From sequence record MK599315.1: a stretch of DNA of 64,000 nucleotides, one strand, 5' to 3'. The stretch's first letter is position 1. Each line of letters begins with the position of its first letter. The notes under the pieces were generated by a model. It ran no database searches, had not been told where the DNA came from, and was given only the letters and a program-made list of their open reading frames with translations. Below, in pieces: positions 1 through 9,815 of the stretch. A program made the translations under genes and the position numbers.

Positions 1-477
1 CGTACGATCATGATGCGCGCCACTATCGAGGCAGTTGCAGATTACATGGGTCGACCAATCAATACCAGCTTATCAGCTGTGCAATGTCACCATAACTACG
101 TCTCCTTCGAGAACCACTTCGGTGCGAAAGTATCCGTAACTCGTAAAGGCGCAGTGCGTGCAGATGAGGGTATGCTGGGCGTTATTCCTGGATCGATGGG
201 CGCGAAGAGCTTCATCGTGAAAGGTAAAGGGAACCGCGAGTCCTTCTGTTCGTGTTCGCACGGAGCAGGACGTGTCATGTCCCGAACCCAAGCCGCTAAG
301 ACTTTCACTCTTGCTGACCACGCTCGTGATACTGCCGGTGTAGAATGCCGGAAAGACATTGACGTGATCGACGAGACTCCAAAGGCTTATAAGAACATTG
401 AAGACGTAATGGCTGCTCAGGATGACCTCATTGAGATCGTCCACACCCTGCGTCAGATTGTTTGCGTCAAGGGCTAA
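1..477 (+). CDS. rtcB: RtcB family RNA ligase (3' part; start lies upstream of window)
   Basis: Motifs CHHNY, VTRKGA, IPGSMG, SCSHGAGR and DETPKAYK of the RtcB C-terminal half; frame open from base 1. Confidence 0.95.
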   Translation, partial: RTIMMRATIEAVADYMGRPINTSLSAVQCHHNYVSFENHFGAKVSVTRKGAVRADEGMLGVIPGSMGAKSFIVKGKGNRESFCSCSHGAGRVMSRTQAAKTFTLADHARDTAGVECRKDIDVIDETPKAYKNIEDVMAAQDDLIEIVHTLRQIVCVKG

Positions 478-484
478 CCCGAAC

Positions 485-500
485 GGGGACTTCGGTCCCC
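485..500 (+). terminator. UUCG hairpin after rtcB
   Basis: GGGGAC-TTCG-GTCCCC. Confidence 0.6.
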
Positions 501-525
501 AACTTCTTCCCTAAAGGAAAAATAA

Positions 526-1413
526 ATGATTCGAATTACTCAGCTTCACGGTAACGGCTTGGCAGATCACTACGATTGTCAACCCTTTAAATTCCCTGGC
601 GGTGAGATCGGTATCAAGATCCCTCTGAAAGATCTCAGAAAGAAAGGCGAACGATTCATAATCAATGCTTGGCTTCGTAATAGTGACGATATCATGGAAC
701 TGTTCCTGGTATTCGACGCTATTCGTCGCCAGCGTATTCGTCCTGAAATACACTTGGTTATTGGTTATCTGCCGTACGCACGACAAGATCGTGTTTGCGA
801 TGAAGGTGAACCTCTGTCGATTAGTGTGATGACTGGTTTGATCAATGCATTGGACGCTACGTCTGTATGCCTGTACGATCCGCACAGTAATGTGTCGCTG
901 CCACTCATCAACAATTGCCGCGAGATTACCCAAGCAGATATCATCAAAAGCTGGGTGTGTGTCGAAGGACAACTTCTGGAAAATCCGAGTGACTGGTGGT
1001 TGGTTGCCCCTGATGAAGGTGCACGTAAAAAGACCGAAGCCATTGCGAAAGAGATCGGTGCTGCTGGCGTACTGTACGCTTGTAAGAACCGTGAACTGTC
1101 AACTGGTAAGATCACTCATACGTCTTTGTTGAATGCCCATGACGTTCCTCGATTGACAAAGCTGTTGGTTATCGATGACATCTGTGATGGTGGCCGCACG
1201 TTCATTGAACTTGCTAAGGTTATCCACGAGCAGTGCATCGTAGATCAATTGGGTCTGTTTGTAACCCATGGTATTTTCTCCAAGGGTTTCGATGAACTGA
1301 ACGAATACTACGATTATATCCAGACCACTAACACCTATCATCCTAACGCTGTAAATGATTATCGGCATGATGGTGTACGTGACCCGAAATTCTTCTCTCA
1401 TTCTGTTTTCTAA
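526..1413 (+). CDS. Ribose-phosphate pyrophosphokinase-like protein, probable NARP1 ADPR-PP synthetase (Adps)
   Basis: Prs motifs FPGGE, YLPYARQDR, DPHS, VAPDEGA, DDICDGGRT, VTHGIFS; directly upstream of a Nampt homolog. Confidence 0.88.
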   Translation: MIRITQLHGNGLADHYDCQPFKFPGGEIGIKIPLKDLRKKGERFIINAWLRNSDDIMELFLVFDAIRRQRIRPEIHLVIGYLPYARQDRVCDEGEPLSISVMTGLINALDATSVCLYDPHSNVSLPLINNCREITQADIIKSWVCVEGQLLENPSDWWLVAPDEGARKKTEAIAKEIGAAGVLYACKNRELSTGKITHTSLLNAHDVPRLTKLLVIDDICDGGRTFIELAKVIHEQCIVDQLGLFVTHGIFSKGFDELNEYYDYIQTTNTYHPNAVNDYRHDGVRDPKFFSHSVF

Positions 1414-1429
1414 TCCGAGGATCAAAAAT

Positions 1430-3196
1430 ATGTCTAATGCTCTCTATGCAGTAACCGCAACTGACTGCTACAAGCCCGGCCATGGCGCTCTGTACCCGCA
1501 AGGTACCGAACGTAAGTATGCAAACTTCACCCCACGTTCTGCTAAGCAGTTCCTGCGGTCGAAGTCTTGCTCTGCGTTCTACGACAACAAAGTCGTTAAC
1601 TTCGGTCTGCAAGGTACCTGGCACGAACTGGTAGAACTGTGGGATCGTACCTTCTTCAATCTGCCTCGTGAAATCGCTGTTAAACGCGCTGCACGTCGTT
1701 TCGACAACATGTGCGGTAAAGGCGTTATCAAACACGAGTGTCTGTACAAGCTGCATGCTCTGGGTTACCTGCCTCTGACTGTGCTGGCTATTGACGAAGG
1801 CGAACGTGTAGATGTTGGCGTACCTACCTTTGTGGTTTACAACAGCCTGGATGACGATGATCACTACTGGCTGGTGAACTACCTGGAAACCATCGTCAGT
1901 GCCTACAACTGGAAGATGATCTGCAACGCAACTATTGCAGCTGAGTATCAGCGTGTACTGAACCACTACGCTGATCGCACCTGCGATAACCGTGAGCACG
2001 TCAAGTTCCAGGCACACGACTTCAGCTTCCGTGGTATGAGTGGTCCTGAAGATGCAATGCGTTCTGGTACAGCTCACCTGACTAGCTTCGCTGGTACCGA
2101 TACCATCCCGGCTCTCGATTACGCTGAGATGTATTACGGTGCTAACAGTGATACTGAATTGTTGGGTGCATCAGTTACTGCAACTGAACACGCTGTCGCC
2201 ACAACCAACATCCTGTACCGTCTGCAAATGAAGATCAACTTCCTCCAAGAGGAAGGTACTGTGATCACTCCGGAGCTGCATGACCAACTGCGACTGGAAG
2301 CTGAACGTGACTATATCCTGGAGATCATTCTTCAGAAAGTCCCGGAAGGCATTATTTCGCTGGTCTGTGATTCCTTCGATTTCTGGGGTGTTATCTCTGA
2401 TGTTCTCCCGAGCATCCGTGCAGAAATCGAAAGTCGTCTGAAGAACGAGCTGGGTCTGGCGAAAGTTGTTGTACGTCCTGACTCTGGTGATCCGGTTAAA
2501 GTCATCACTGGCTACATGGCTTATCCGATTAAATTCGCTGATCGTGTTGATTTCGAGAAACACATTGCCGAATACGGTTCCATTGAGTACGCTGGTTACG
2601 AAGTTGTTAGCGTAGGTGGTAAGTACTACGAGATCAACGACCTCGCTGTCAGTCTGTCTGACTTCCTCTCTGAGACTGAAATCCCTGAGGTGGAAGTACG
2701 TGGTGCAATTGAAGTCCTGTGGGACTCCTTCGGCGGCACTGAGAACAGTAAAGGCTTCAAGTGCCTGAACGAATACGTTGGCCTGATCTATGGTGACTCG
2801 ATCACTGTAGACCGTACCGAGCAGATCATGTCTCGCCTGGAACGTAAAGGCTTCGCTTCTAGCAACGTAGTTCTTGGTATCGGTAGCTTCACCTATCAGT
2901 ACAACACTCGCGATACTTTCGGCATGGCTGTCAAAGCTACTGCTGTTCAGATCGAAGACGAGTTCGTTGAACTGTACAAAGATCCTAAAGCTGCTTCTTC
3001 CAAGAAGTCGGCTAAAGGTTTCCTGCGTGTGGTGAAAACCGAAGATGGTAAGTTCGTTCTGGAACAAGAAGCTGACCTTAGCTGGGCTGCTTTGGAAACC
3101 GAATCGGGTGAACTTAAACTGTTCTTCAAGAATGGTGAGTTCTACAAGCACGACACGATGGCTAAGATCCGGGAACGGATTGCGACCTCTCTGTAA
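1430..3196 (+). CDS. Nicotinamide phosphoribosyltransferase-like protein, probable NARP1 Namat
   Basis: TDCYKPGH, HDFSFRG, ATEHAV, DSFDFW, RPDSGDP, YGDSIT, GIGSFTYQYNTRDTFG, KSAKG; RBS-preceded ATG at 1430. Confidence 0.9.
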   Translation: MSNALYAVTATDCYKPGHGALYPQGTERKYANFTPRSAKQFLRSKSCSAFYDNKVVNFGLQGTWHELVELWDRTFFNLPREIAVKRAARRFDNMCGKGVIKHECLYKLHALGYLPLTVLAIDEGERVDVGVPTFVVYNSLDDDDHYWLVNYLETIVSAYNWKMICNATIAAEYQRVLNHYADRTCDNREHVKFQAHDFSFRGMSGPEDAMRSGTAHLTSFAGTDTIPALDYAEMYYGANSDTELLGASVTATEHAVATTNILYRLQMKINFLQEEGTVITPELHDQLRLEAERDYILEIILQKVPEGIISLVCDSFDFWGVISDVLPSIRAEIESRLKNELGLAKVVVRPDSGDPVKVITGYMAYPIKFADRVDFEKHIAEYGSIEYAGYEVVSVGGKYYEINDLAVSLSDFLSETEIPEVEVRGAIEVLWDSFGGTENSKGFKCLNEYVGLIYGDSITVDRTEQIMSRLERKGFASSNVVLGIGSFTYQYNTRDTFGMAVKATAVQIEDEFVELYKDPKAASSKKSAKGFLRVVKTEDGKFVLEQEADLSWAALETESGELKLFFKNGEFYKHDTMAKIRERIATSL

Positions 3197-3198
3197 TA

Positions 3199-3229
3199 GA
3201 CATGGGGAGCTTCGGCTCCCCTTTATGTC
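3199..3229 (+). terminator. Intrinsic terminator after Nampt-like gene
   Basis: GACAT-GGGGAGC-TTCG-GCTCCCC-TTTATGTC. Confidence 0.75.
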
Positions 3230-3248
3230 ATAAAAAAGATTTCAAATC

Positions 3249-3256
3249 TATATTAC
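3249..3256 (+). promoter_or_regulatory. phiKZ-type early promoter motif TATATTAC
   Basis: Exact TATATTAC between a terminator and a gene start. Confidence 0.6.
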
Positions 3257-3285
3257 TCTCTTGTATCCACAACGAGGTAACTGCA

Positions 3286-3684
3286 ATGTCGAATAAAGAC
3301 CGTTTAGATGAAAAGAAAGAATGGCAAGAATCGAACCCAGTTCTCAATGAGTTCTGCTGGGCTGTAAGTCGTACAATGGGCGACGTAGCACGTACCAGTG
3401 ACGACCGTACTCCCATTGTCGATATCCCTGCTGGAAAGACCTATGAAATCACTACCAACCAGGAGAACGATATTTATAATGTCGGTCTTGAAACTGGTAT
3501 GGTGAACTTCGTTGATCACCTACGCGAGAATGGTTACAAGATCATCTCGCCGGTAAGTGGGCATCCTGTCCCATTTGAGCAAGCTGTAACCTTGGTAAAT
3601 AGCACAGAGCAGGTCGTACAAGAACTACCTGGTAAGTCTTTCGTTGAAACCTTCTATGATTATAACTGGGGTGTGAATACATGA
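3286..3684 (+). CDS. hypothetical protein
   Basis: ORF with GAGG RBS, ATG at 3286. Confidence 0.8.
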   Translation: MSNKDRLDEKKEWQESNPVLNEFCWAVSRTMGDVARTSDDRTPIVDIPAGKTYEITTNQENDIYNVGLETGMVNFVDHLRENGYKIISPVSGHPVPFEQAVTLVNSTEQVVQELPGKSFVETFYDYNWGVNT

Positions 3685-3887
3685 TCGCAGCGCCGCCGGC
3701 ACCGGGTAAAGTAACGATAGATGGTTTACGTCGAACGTTGTCAGATCAGATTGAAGCTGAAATTTCATTGGCTTGTCGTGAAATTGAACTGACAGACATT
3801 CGTTATGTAGATCAAAAAGAAATACTCGAAATAGTGCGGCGGTTCCGTAATGACGTTCGCACAACCATCACTGATAAAGGTAAATAA
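3681..3887 (+). CDS. hypothetical protein
   Basis: ATGA-coupled ORF. Confidence 0.7.
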   Translation: MIAAPPAPGKVTIDGLRRTLSDQIEAEISLACREIELTDIRYVDQKEILEIVRRFRNDVRTTITDKGK

Positions 3888-3888
3888 A

Positions 3889-5244
3889 ATGACGATTGAA
3901 ATGGATGAATTGAAACCGATCCGCGAAGGTTTTGGTGTAGTAGAAGAAACTCGTAAGCTTGCACGCATTGTTGAGATCGATGATGTTGTGAAACACCCTA
4001 ATGCCGATGCTCTGGAATTGGCTATTGTTGGTGGTTGGCAACTTTGTGTAAAGATGGGCGAATATAAGAAAGGTGATCGCGCTATTTACTGCGAGATTGA
4101 TTCTCTTCTTCCTCTGGATAACGTTAAGCTCTTCGGTTTTCTTGAGAGCCGTCGGTCCGACAATCGGCGTGTAGACGGTAAAAACTATCATCGTTTGAAA
4201 ACTATCAAGCTTCGTAAAGAGCTCTCTCAAGGACTACTGGTTCCGATTCCCGATGAGTTCAAAGATGAACCCGTTGATACTAACCTGACCCTGAAGCTGG
4301 GTATCCTTAAGTACGAGTCTGCTCCTCCGATGGTATCGAAGGCTCATGCGGCACGTAACGCTCCGTGGATCGTTAAACTTGGTGCCAAGCTGATTGGTAA
4401 TCTGGGTGGCGCTCTGAAACCGTGGCCTGAGATGCTAACTAAGTCCGATCAAGACCGCATTCAGAATAAGACCGTTGCGTTTTATAACCTGAAAGAAGAC
4501 GGTGATGACATGGAAGTTACCTATAAGCTGGATGGTAGCTCCATGACCGTATTCTGTGTCGATGACAAAGGTATTCGTACTGGCGTTTGTTCGCGGAACT
4601 ACGAACTCGGAATGGGCGGTGAGAAGTGGGGATTCATCCAGCAGCTTCGGTATTGGGTTGGTAACTTCCTTATCCGTAACCGTAATCTGTTCCGTAAGAA
4701 GACCTGGGTTACTCCAGAAGGTAAACTTCGTAATGGTATTATTCTGCCCCTTTGGACGAAAGGTACCGCTATCGAAGACAATAACTTCGTACGTGTAACT
4801 AACCAACAACAGATCATCGAACGTCTTCTCAAGTTCCACAAGAACACCGGTCGCTTCATTTCTGTACAAGGGGAACTGATTGGACCATCTATTCAAGATA
4901 ACTTTGAAGAAGTGGCTGATTACGATTATTACATCTTCAACGTGTATGAGGATGGTAATCGTGAACTCCTGCCGGCCGAAGCACGAGCTGTTGTAAAAGA
5001 CCTTGGTCTGAATTATGTTCCCGTGCTTGACCCGTGCTGGAAACCTTCTAAGGAAATGTCTGTTAAAGATGTTCTCGCTATGGCTGAAGGTCCATCTGCA
5101 TTTAAGAACAAGCGCGGATACCGGGAAGGTCTGGTATTTAAGTCCAACCAACGTGTACTATCTTGGAAGGCTATCAGTAACGCATATCTTCTCAAGAAAG
5201 CAAAAGAAGAAGAGAAAGCAGCTGCTAAAGAAGACGCTGTATAA
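3889..5244 (+). CDS. ATP-dependent RNA ligase, DRB0094/Rnl2-like, with N-terminal OB-like domain
   Basis: N-terminal HPNADALE...YCEIDSLLP; motif I YKLDGSS; QGELIG, YIFNV, REGLVFK, KAISN. Confidence 0.9.
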   Translation: MTIEMDELKPIREGFGVVEETRKLARIVEIDDVVKHPNADALELAIVGGWQLCVKMGEYKKGDRAIYCEIDSLLPLDNVKLFGFLESRRSDNRRVDGKNYHRLKTIKLRKELSQGLLVPIPDEFKDEPVDTNLTLKLGILKYESAPPMVSKAHAARNAPWIVKLGAKLIGNLGGALKPWPEMLTKSDQDRIQNKTVAFYNLKEDGDDMEVTYKLDGSSMTVFCVDDKGIRTGVCSRNYELGMGGEKWGFIQQLRYWVGNFLIRNRNLFRKKTWVTPEGKLRNGIILPLWTKGTAIEDNNFVRVTNQQQIIERLLKFHKNTGRFISVQGELIGPSIQDNFEEVADYDYYIFNVYEDGNRELLPAEARAVVKDLGLNYVPVLDPCWKPSKEMSVKDVLAMAEGPSAFKNKRGYREGLVFKSNQRVLSWKAISNAYLLKKAKEEEKAAAKEDAV

Positions 5245-5301
5245 CGACATAAAAGGGGGTTAGAACCCCCTTTTTTTATTTTTTGTCAAGAAGGTGAATA
5301 T

Positions 5302-5688
5302 ATGTCGCATGCTCTAAAGTACCTGACGCGTAATCTGGATAGTGAAGAACTATACCTGTTGTTGAACTGGAAAACCGATAAGGTTCTCTCACCTATTCTT
5401 CAAAAAGTCGGTATTCTATCCGAAGAAATGGGTGAAGAGGGTCGTCGCGCTTACTACAAGTTTGACAATGCTATTTGGAAACTTTGTCGAATTATCCGGG
5501 CTGAATATAATCTCCCGGATTTTCAAGAAGACCTTATCAGCGTTGTTCGAAATTACTTCAAGTTTACTTGGCGCGATGATAAGTTCAATATTGTTATTTT
5601 CGAAGAACCTGGATATGCTCGTGTAGAGTATAGTACTTCACTTGACGTAATGGACATCTTCCATGAAGGTAAACCTCGTCGGCTCTAA
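5302..5688 (+). CDS. hypothetical protein
   Basis: ORF with AAGGTG RBS. Confidence 0.75.
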   Translation: MSHALKYLTRNLDSEELYLLLNWKTDKVLSPILQKVGILSEEMGEEGRRAYYKFDNAIWKLCRIIRAEYNLPDFQEDLISVVRNYFKFTWRDDKFNIVIFEEPGYARVEYSTSLDVMDIFHEGKPRRL

Positions 5689-5944
5689 GAAAGCTATAAC
5701 TGCACTGTTGTATAACAACAACGTGTATTCATTTGCTTTCTTTGCTGAGACAATCAGGAAAGCTATTGAAGCTTATGATCCCAATCAACGCTTTGTAATT
5801 AGCTATCGTCGTTATATGCCACTATGGCAGAAAATCCGGATGACGATATTCCGCCAATACTCGGATCAGATGTATGTCAATCAAATAAAGATCCAGCTTC
5901 AGACGGATAAAACCTGGGAAACTATTCTTGACGTAGAGGGATAA
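5663..5944 (+). CDS. hypothetical protein
   Basis: Co-directional packed ORF. Confidence 0.7.
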   Translation: MKVNLVGSKKAITALLYNNNVYSFAFFAETIRKAIEAYDPNQRFVISYRRYMPLWQKIRMTIFRQYSDQMYVNQIKIQLQTDKTWETILDVEG

Positions 5945-5946
5945 AC

Positions 5947-6396
5947 ATGTCAATATTTTACCGTTACGCTAGTCAACCTAAAACAGAAATTGTTTGGTGG
6001 AATCCCATTAGTTGGATTAAACGTGGTTGGCAAGAACTCACCACAGCTAATGCATCTGATGGACACACGTTCTTTACAGCGTTATATTTCTGTTCTCTCC
6101 TTCTGTCAATGTGGTTGATCCATATTCTATTCGTGGGTTGGTTCCGTTGTCTGTTTATACCTCGGTGTTGGATTGGTCGAGTTGATCAACTGAAGGAAGG
6201 TTACATTGATGATTGGGGCACTTACACGAAAGAGGCTAGAGAATGTATTCTAGCTAATTCTGATAGCCCTCACGCAATTGTAAAAATCGTTGAACGAGTT
6301 AATCCAATCTTCATGGCAGATGAAGGTTTCTGTAGTATATACTCACCTAACTACAAATGGAAACGAAACTGGTGTGAACTTTTTTCTCGGAATTAG
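5947..6396 (+). CDS. hypothetical membrane protein
   Basis: Hydrophobic segment FFTALYFCSLLLSMWLIHILFVGWF. Confidence 0.75.
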   Translation: MSIFYRYASQPKTEIVWWNPISWIKRGWQELTTANASDGHTFFTALYFCSLLLSMWLIHILFVGWFRCLFIPRCWIGRVDQLKEGYIDDWGTYTKEARECILANSDSPHAIVKIVERVNPIFMADEGFCSIYSPNYKWKRNWCELFSRN

Positions 6397-6442
6397 AAAA
6401 TACCGAGTTAACTGATAATGTGTTATTAACTATAAACAGGAA

Positions 6443-7006
6443 ATGAAAATGTCTCAAGAAATCGATTTGACTGTATCTCCGCTGGAACCTCGTAAAGAGA
6501 CTCCCCTACAACCGACTGACGTTTTTGACATCGTCCGTAAGTGTGGTCTTACTGAAGACTTTAAACGTCTCTGCTATGAAGATGCCACTCCAGAAGAACT
6601 CGATTTTAATCCTGACGTAGTTACTGTCTACCGTCATGATCTCGGATTGAAATTCCTTCGTGGTAAAAATCTGCCGACTACGCTGGAAGATCTGAAGGAT
6701 CGAACTGAAGTTCTGTTTGAAACCATGACTGCTGGTAAGATTGACTATAAAGCCGGTGAAATGATTGTTCTTTTCCCTCGCCCTGTTTATAGTGGTAGCG
6801 ATCTTAAAAATAACATGGTCATTGCCATTGTTAAAGAAGACTTTAAGTTCGAATCGGACGTAGATCTTAACTGTGGTGGCGAAGAGAATTTCGAAATTGC
6901 GATGCGCCCCTATGTAGAAGGTGGACAACTGGAACTGGTTACTAATCCTGGTCTTCGTGTGTATAGCGCGTATGAACGTTGGACTTTCCTGGAACGGTTT
7001 AAATGA
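6443..7006 (+). CDS. hypothetical protein
   Basis: 187-aa ORF with RBS. Confidence 0.8.
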   Translation: MKMSQEIDLTVSPLEPRKETPLQPTDVFDIVRKCGLTEDFKRLCYEDATPEELDFNPDVVTVYRHDLGLKFLRGKNLPTTLEDLKDRTEVLFETMTAGKIDYKAGEMIVLFPRPVYSGSDLKNNMVIAIVKEDFKFESDVDLNCGGEENFEIAMRPYVEGGQLELVTNPGLRVYSAYERWTFLERFK

Positions 7007-7572
7007 AAATTCTTGAACAACTGACACAAAAAGGTCTGCTTGACGAATTCATTTCTGAATTTTGTACGACCTCTGCTCTCGGTCCACAAGTTATTTCAGA
7101 TCGTCTTCCCGATGCCAAGAAATGGTTGGAAAGTCATTCTATCACATTTGAGTCGAAGGGGAGCATCGAAAGAACCCCTCGGCTCATTGCAGAATCTGAT
7201 TTCCGTATTGATCAATGGATGCGTGTTGTAAACAATAAGCTGGACTATCTTGAGACAGCTTATGATAAAGCAATTGAACAAGGGGTTAGTCTAAATAACA
7301 GCTTCTTCAATTACGATATCAGTGTCCTGTATACTCTTGATAAAAAGCGTCTAGATGCTTACCCAATAACTGTCGCTCGGGTTAGAGCCTTTGCAGAGAA
7401 GATCGGTGCGCAACCTTATCGTCTTCTTAATGGCGATATTAATACGAGGATAGCTTATGAGGAAGAATACTACGCCGCGTACGTCAAGGAACCATATAAG
7501 GCGATCATGGGAAACCCCGACTACTACAAGGAAACCATCGACGCCGCGAATGAATGCTACGGACGTCCGTGA
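7003..7572 (+). CDS. hypothetical protein
   Basis: ATGA-coupled 189-aa ORF. Confidence 0.8.
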   Translation: MKILEQLTQKGLLDEFISEFCTTSALGPQVISDRLPDAKKWLESHSITFESKGSIERTPRLIAESDFRIDQWMRVVNNKLDYLETAYDKAIEQGVSLNNSFFNYDISVLYTLDKKRLDAYPITVARVRAFAEKIGAQPYRLLNGDINTRIAYEEEYYAAYVKEPYKAIMGNPDYYKETIDAANECYGRP

Positions 7573-7828
7573 TATTTATCGCGACATCGAATCGTTAGTT
7601 CCTGTCCCACCTCCATTGAAAGAACCAATTCCAGTGAGTGTCGATCCAGTCTATTCGACGATAGACATAGATTGGAATGAGAAGAAATCTGGTGTCAAGT
7701 TTGTACCCAGAGAACGATTCAATCTGTTTGACGGTATATCGCCGTGGACATGGTTCTGCATCGCCTTTCTCTCTGGATGTTGGATTGGTATCGAAATCAT
7801 TAGCGCTTACTTAACGAGGTCATTATGA
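7550..7828 (+). CDS. hypothetical protein with C-terminal TM helix
   Basis: Probable start ATG 7550; WTWFCIAFLSGCWIGIEII. Confidence 0.65.
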   Translation: MNATDVRDIYRDIESLVPVPPPLKEPIPVSVDPVYSTIDIDWNEKKSGVKFVPRERFNLFDGISPWTWFCIAFLSGCWIGIEIISAYLTRSL

Positions 7829-8136
7829 GTCTGCTCCTTTCTGCTTGTCAACGACTGCATGCTATCGCCACTGTTGGTTTCCCCAACTATCTAAAAGATC
7901 GAGCTACTTTTGTTGGAGATAAGGAGTATATTCTCCAGGTAATTGCACATTTCGAAAAGTATCACTGGACCGAACAGTTGAGTGAAGCTATCAATGATTA
8001 TGTACGCAGTCGTAAGAAAGCGCGTACATGGACAGTCACCGTTGTACCTTCGATTCTTCAACCTGGTACAGCTCTGTTTAAGTTCAAAGGTGACGATGGT
8101 AGTACTCTTTCTATTCGCATTAGGAAAGCTCTATGA
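7825..8136 (+). CDS. hypothetical protein
   Basis: ATGA-coupled ORF. Confidence 0.75.
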   Translation: MSLLLSACQRLHAIATVGFPNYLKDRATFVGDKEYILQVIAHFEKYHWTEQLSEAINDYVRSRKKARTWTVTVVPSILQPGTALFKFKGDDGSTLSIRIRKAL

Positions 8137-8238
8137 GAGACGATTATGAAGGTTTCTGATTCTTGGGAAGACTACATCTTCTCTTAACGTCATATAAGCC
8201 CGGCGTTAGCTGGGCTTTATATCGATTAGGGTATTCCG

Positions 8239-8706
8239 ATGTCAGCAAAAAATAAAATCAACATAGATCTATACGAAGTGTATCTCCGCTTCATTTATTT
8301 GAATCAGGCGATAAAACTTCCACGTACTGAATTCGAGCAATTCAAAAAAGAGTTTGTCAGAAAGGTACGCTATTTTTATAAAAACGTAACCAGAGCTCCT
8401 CTCATCTGGAACAATAGTCATTATCTCGTTCAACTTTACAGAGTAATGGTTGAAGAAGATAAAGAAGCTATTCAAAAAGAAATTCAAACCGAACTCGATT
8501 GGCTGTTCGATATTTGTCGTATTTGGATCGACTCTCCTAATTGGAATGGAGTCGGTGTAGATGAGTATGTTTACCGAACAGATCTATTCCATATCGAATC
8601 TTATTACAGATGGGTTTGGAATAGAAGGGCAGAAATTGTTTATCCTCCCTTCTCAGAAATCAAAGAAATCTACATCGCCATCGAAAAAGAACTTGAAGGA
8701 AAATAA
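8239..8706 (+). CDS. hypothetical protein
   Basis: 155-aa ORF after hairpin at 8190-8222. Confidence 0.75.
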   Translation: MSAKNKINIDLYEVYLRFIYLNQAIKLPRTEFEQFKKEFVRKVRYFYKNVTRAPLIWNNSHYLVQLYRVMVEEDKEAIQKEIQTELDWLFDICRIWIDSPNWNGVGVDEYVYRTDLFHIESYYRWVWNRRAEIVYPPFSEIKEIYIAIEKELEGK

Positions 8707-8707
8707 A

Positions 8708-9268
8708 ATGCAATCCAACAGTATCCGTAATCAAATCCTCGTTATGACCGATGACCCTGCTACCAGCCTGGCTATTCGCAATGTGCTTTCTAATGGGTTG
8801 ACATCTCTTGGTCTTAACCACGAAGTAATGCACACCGGTCGTGAAGACTATGATAATCTTGATCCTGCTGTAATCTTGAGTAAGTTCAAAGAAGATGATT
8901 ATCATCTAACTGTCAGTGAGCACGCTATTCATCCATGTGGCACTAAGGTGTCCCCACCTGTGAACAATGCGATCAACCCGCTCTGGAGTAAAGAACTCCG
9001 AATCTCCGTGCTGGGCGGTACCCATCGCGGTAAGTCGATCCTGTGTCAAGTGATTTACCACATTCTGGTACAACACCTGAAACTGATTGATGCTAACAAG
9101 TTCACTCTGCGTGATATCGACGGTCCTCGTTTCGCTTTCGAGAGTCCTCTTGATACAGAGCATTGGCCTGCGGCAGCTGAAGCTATTAGTCGTTGGGGTA
9201 TCGATCTGCGTTCGGTGTTCCTGGAATCTACCCAGAGTCTCGATCCGATCCTGCGTCGGTCCATCTGA
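8708..9268 (+). CDS. hypothetical protein with P-loop-like segment
   Basis: ATG 8708; ISVLGGTHRGKS resembles Walker A. Confidence 0.7.
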   Translation: MQSNSIRNQILVMTDDPATSLAIRNVLSNGLTSLGLNHEVMHTGREDYDNLDPAVILSKFKEDDYHLTVSEHAIHPCGTKVSPPVNNAINPLWSKELRISVLGGTHRGKSILCQVIYHILVQHLKLIDANKFTLRDIDGPRFAFESPLDTEHWPAAAEAISRWGIDLRSVFLESTQSLDPILRRSI

Positions 9269-9410
9269 ATCACGGGGAGCTTCGACTCCCCTTGTTCTTT
9301 ATTTTTTTGTATTTAAACGTTTTAAAAACCTACATTATCAATTTGATATTCGTAGAGATATCATTCAAATACGTAAAGAAGATCATCGATAGTCCATAGA
9401 GGAATGTTCC

Positions 9411-9815
9411 ATGAATACCGAAATCCAAACCAGCGTACATATCACCATTCTGCAACGCATTGCAGAAGCTGTATTCGTTTACTATAATAACGCTTTCCGT
9501 CGTGAAGCTGCTAATGCCCTCCCCACTGTTGAGGTTGGTGACGCTACTGTTACCTTCCATCATCGCTCCGTTGATCGTCGCCTGAGCTATGTCGTTGCTG
9601 AGGTAAAGGTATCTGATCGTCTGTGGAACGTCGTACAGGAATATAGCTATGGCGTCCCTGGTGGCATTGACTTCCAACTAGTTGGAGGTACAGTTTCTGA
9701 TGACATCATTTCGGATATGGAAGAAGTGAACAGTTTGTTTACAGAGGCAGTTGCATATTGTTCCTCTAACTTCGATCAATACGGTAAACCTATCACGGTT
9801 AAAACTAAAGTCTAA
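9411..9815 (+). CDS. hypothetical protein
   Basis: ORF with GAGG RBS downstream of promoter-like TTTAAAAACCTACATTAT. Confidence 0.8.
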   Translation: MNTEIQTSVHITILQRIAEAVFVYYNNAFRREAANALPTVEVGDATVTFHHRSVDRRLSYVVAEVKVSDRLWNVVQEYSYGVPGGIDFQLVGGTVSDDIISDMEEVNSLFTEAVAYCSSNFDQYGKPITVKTKV

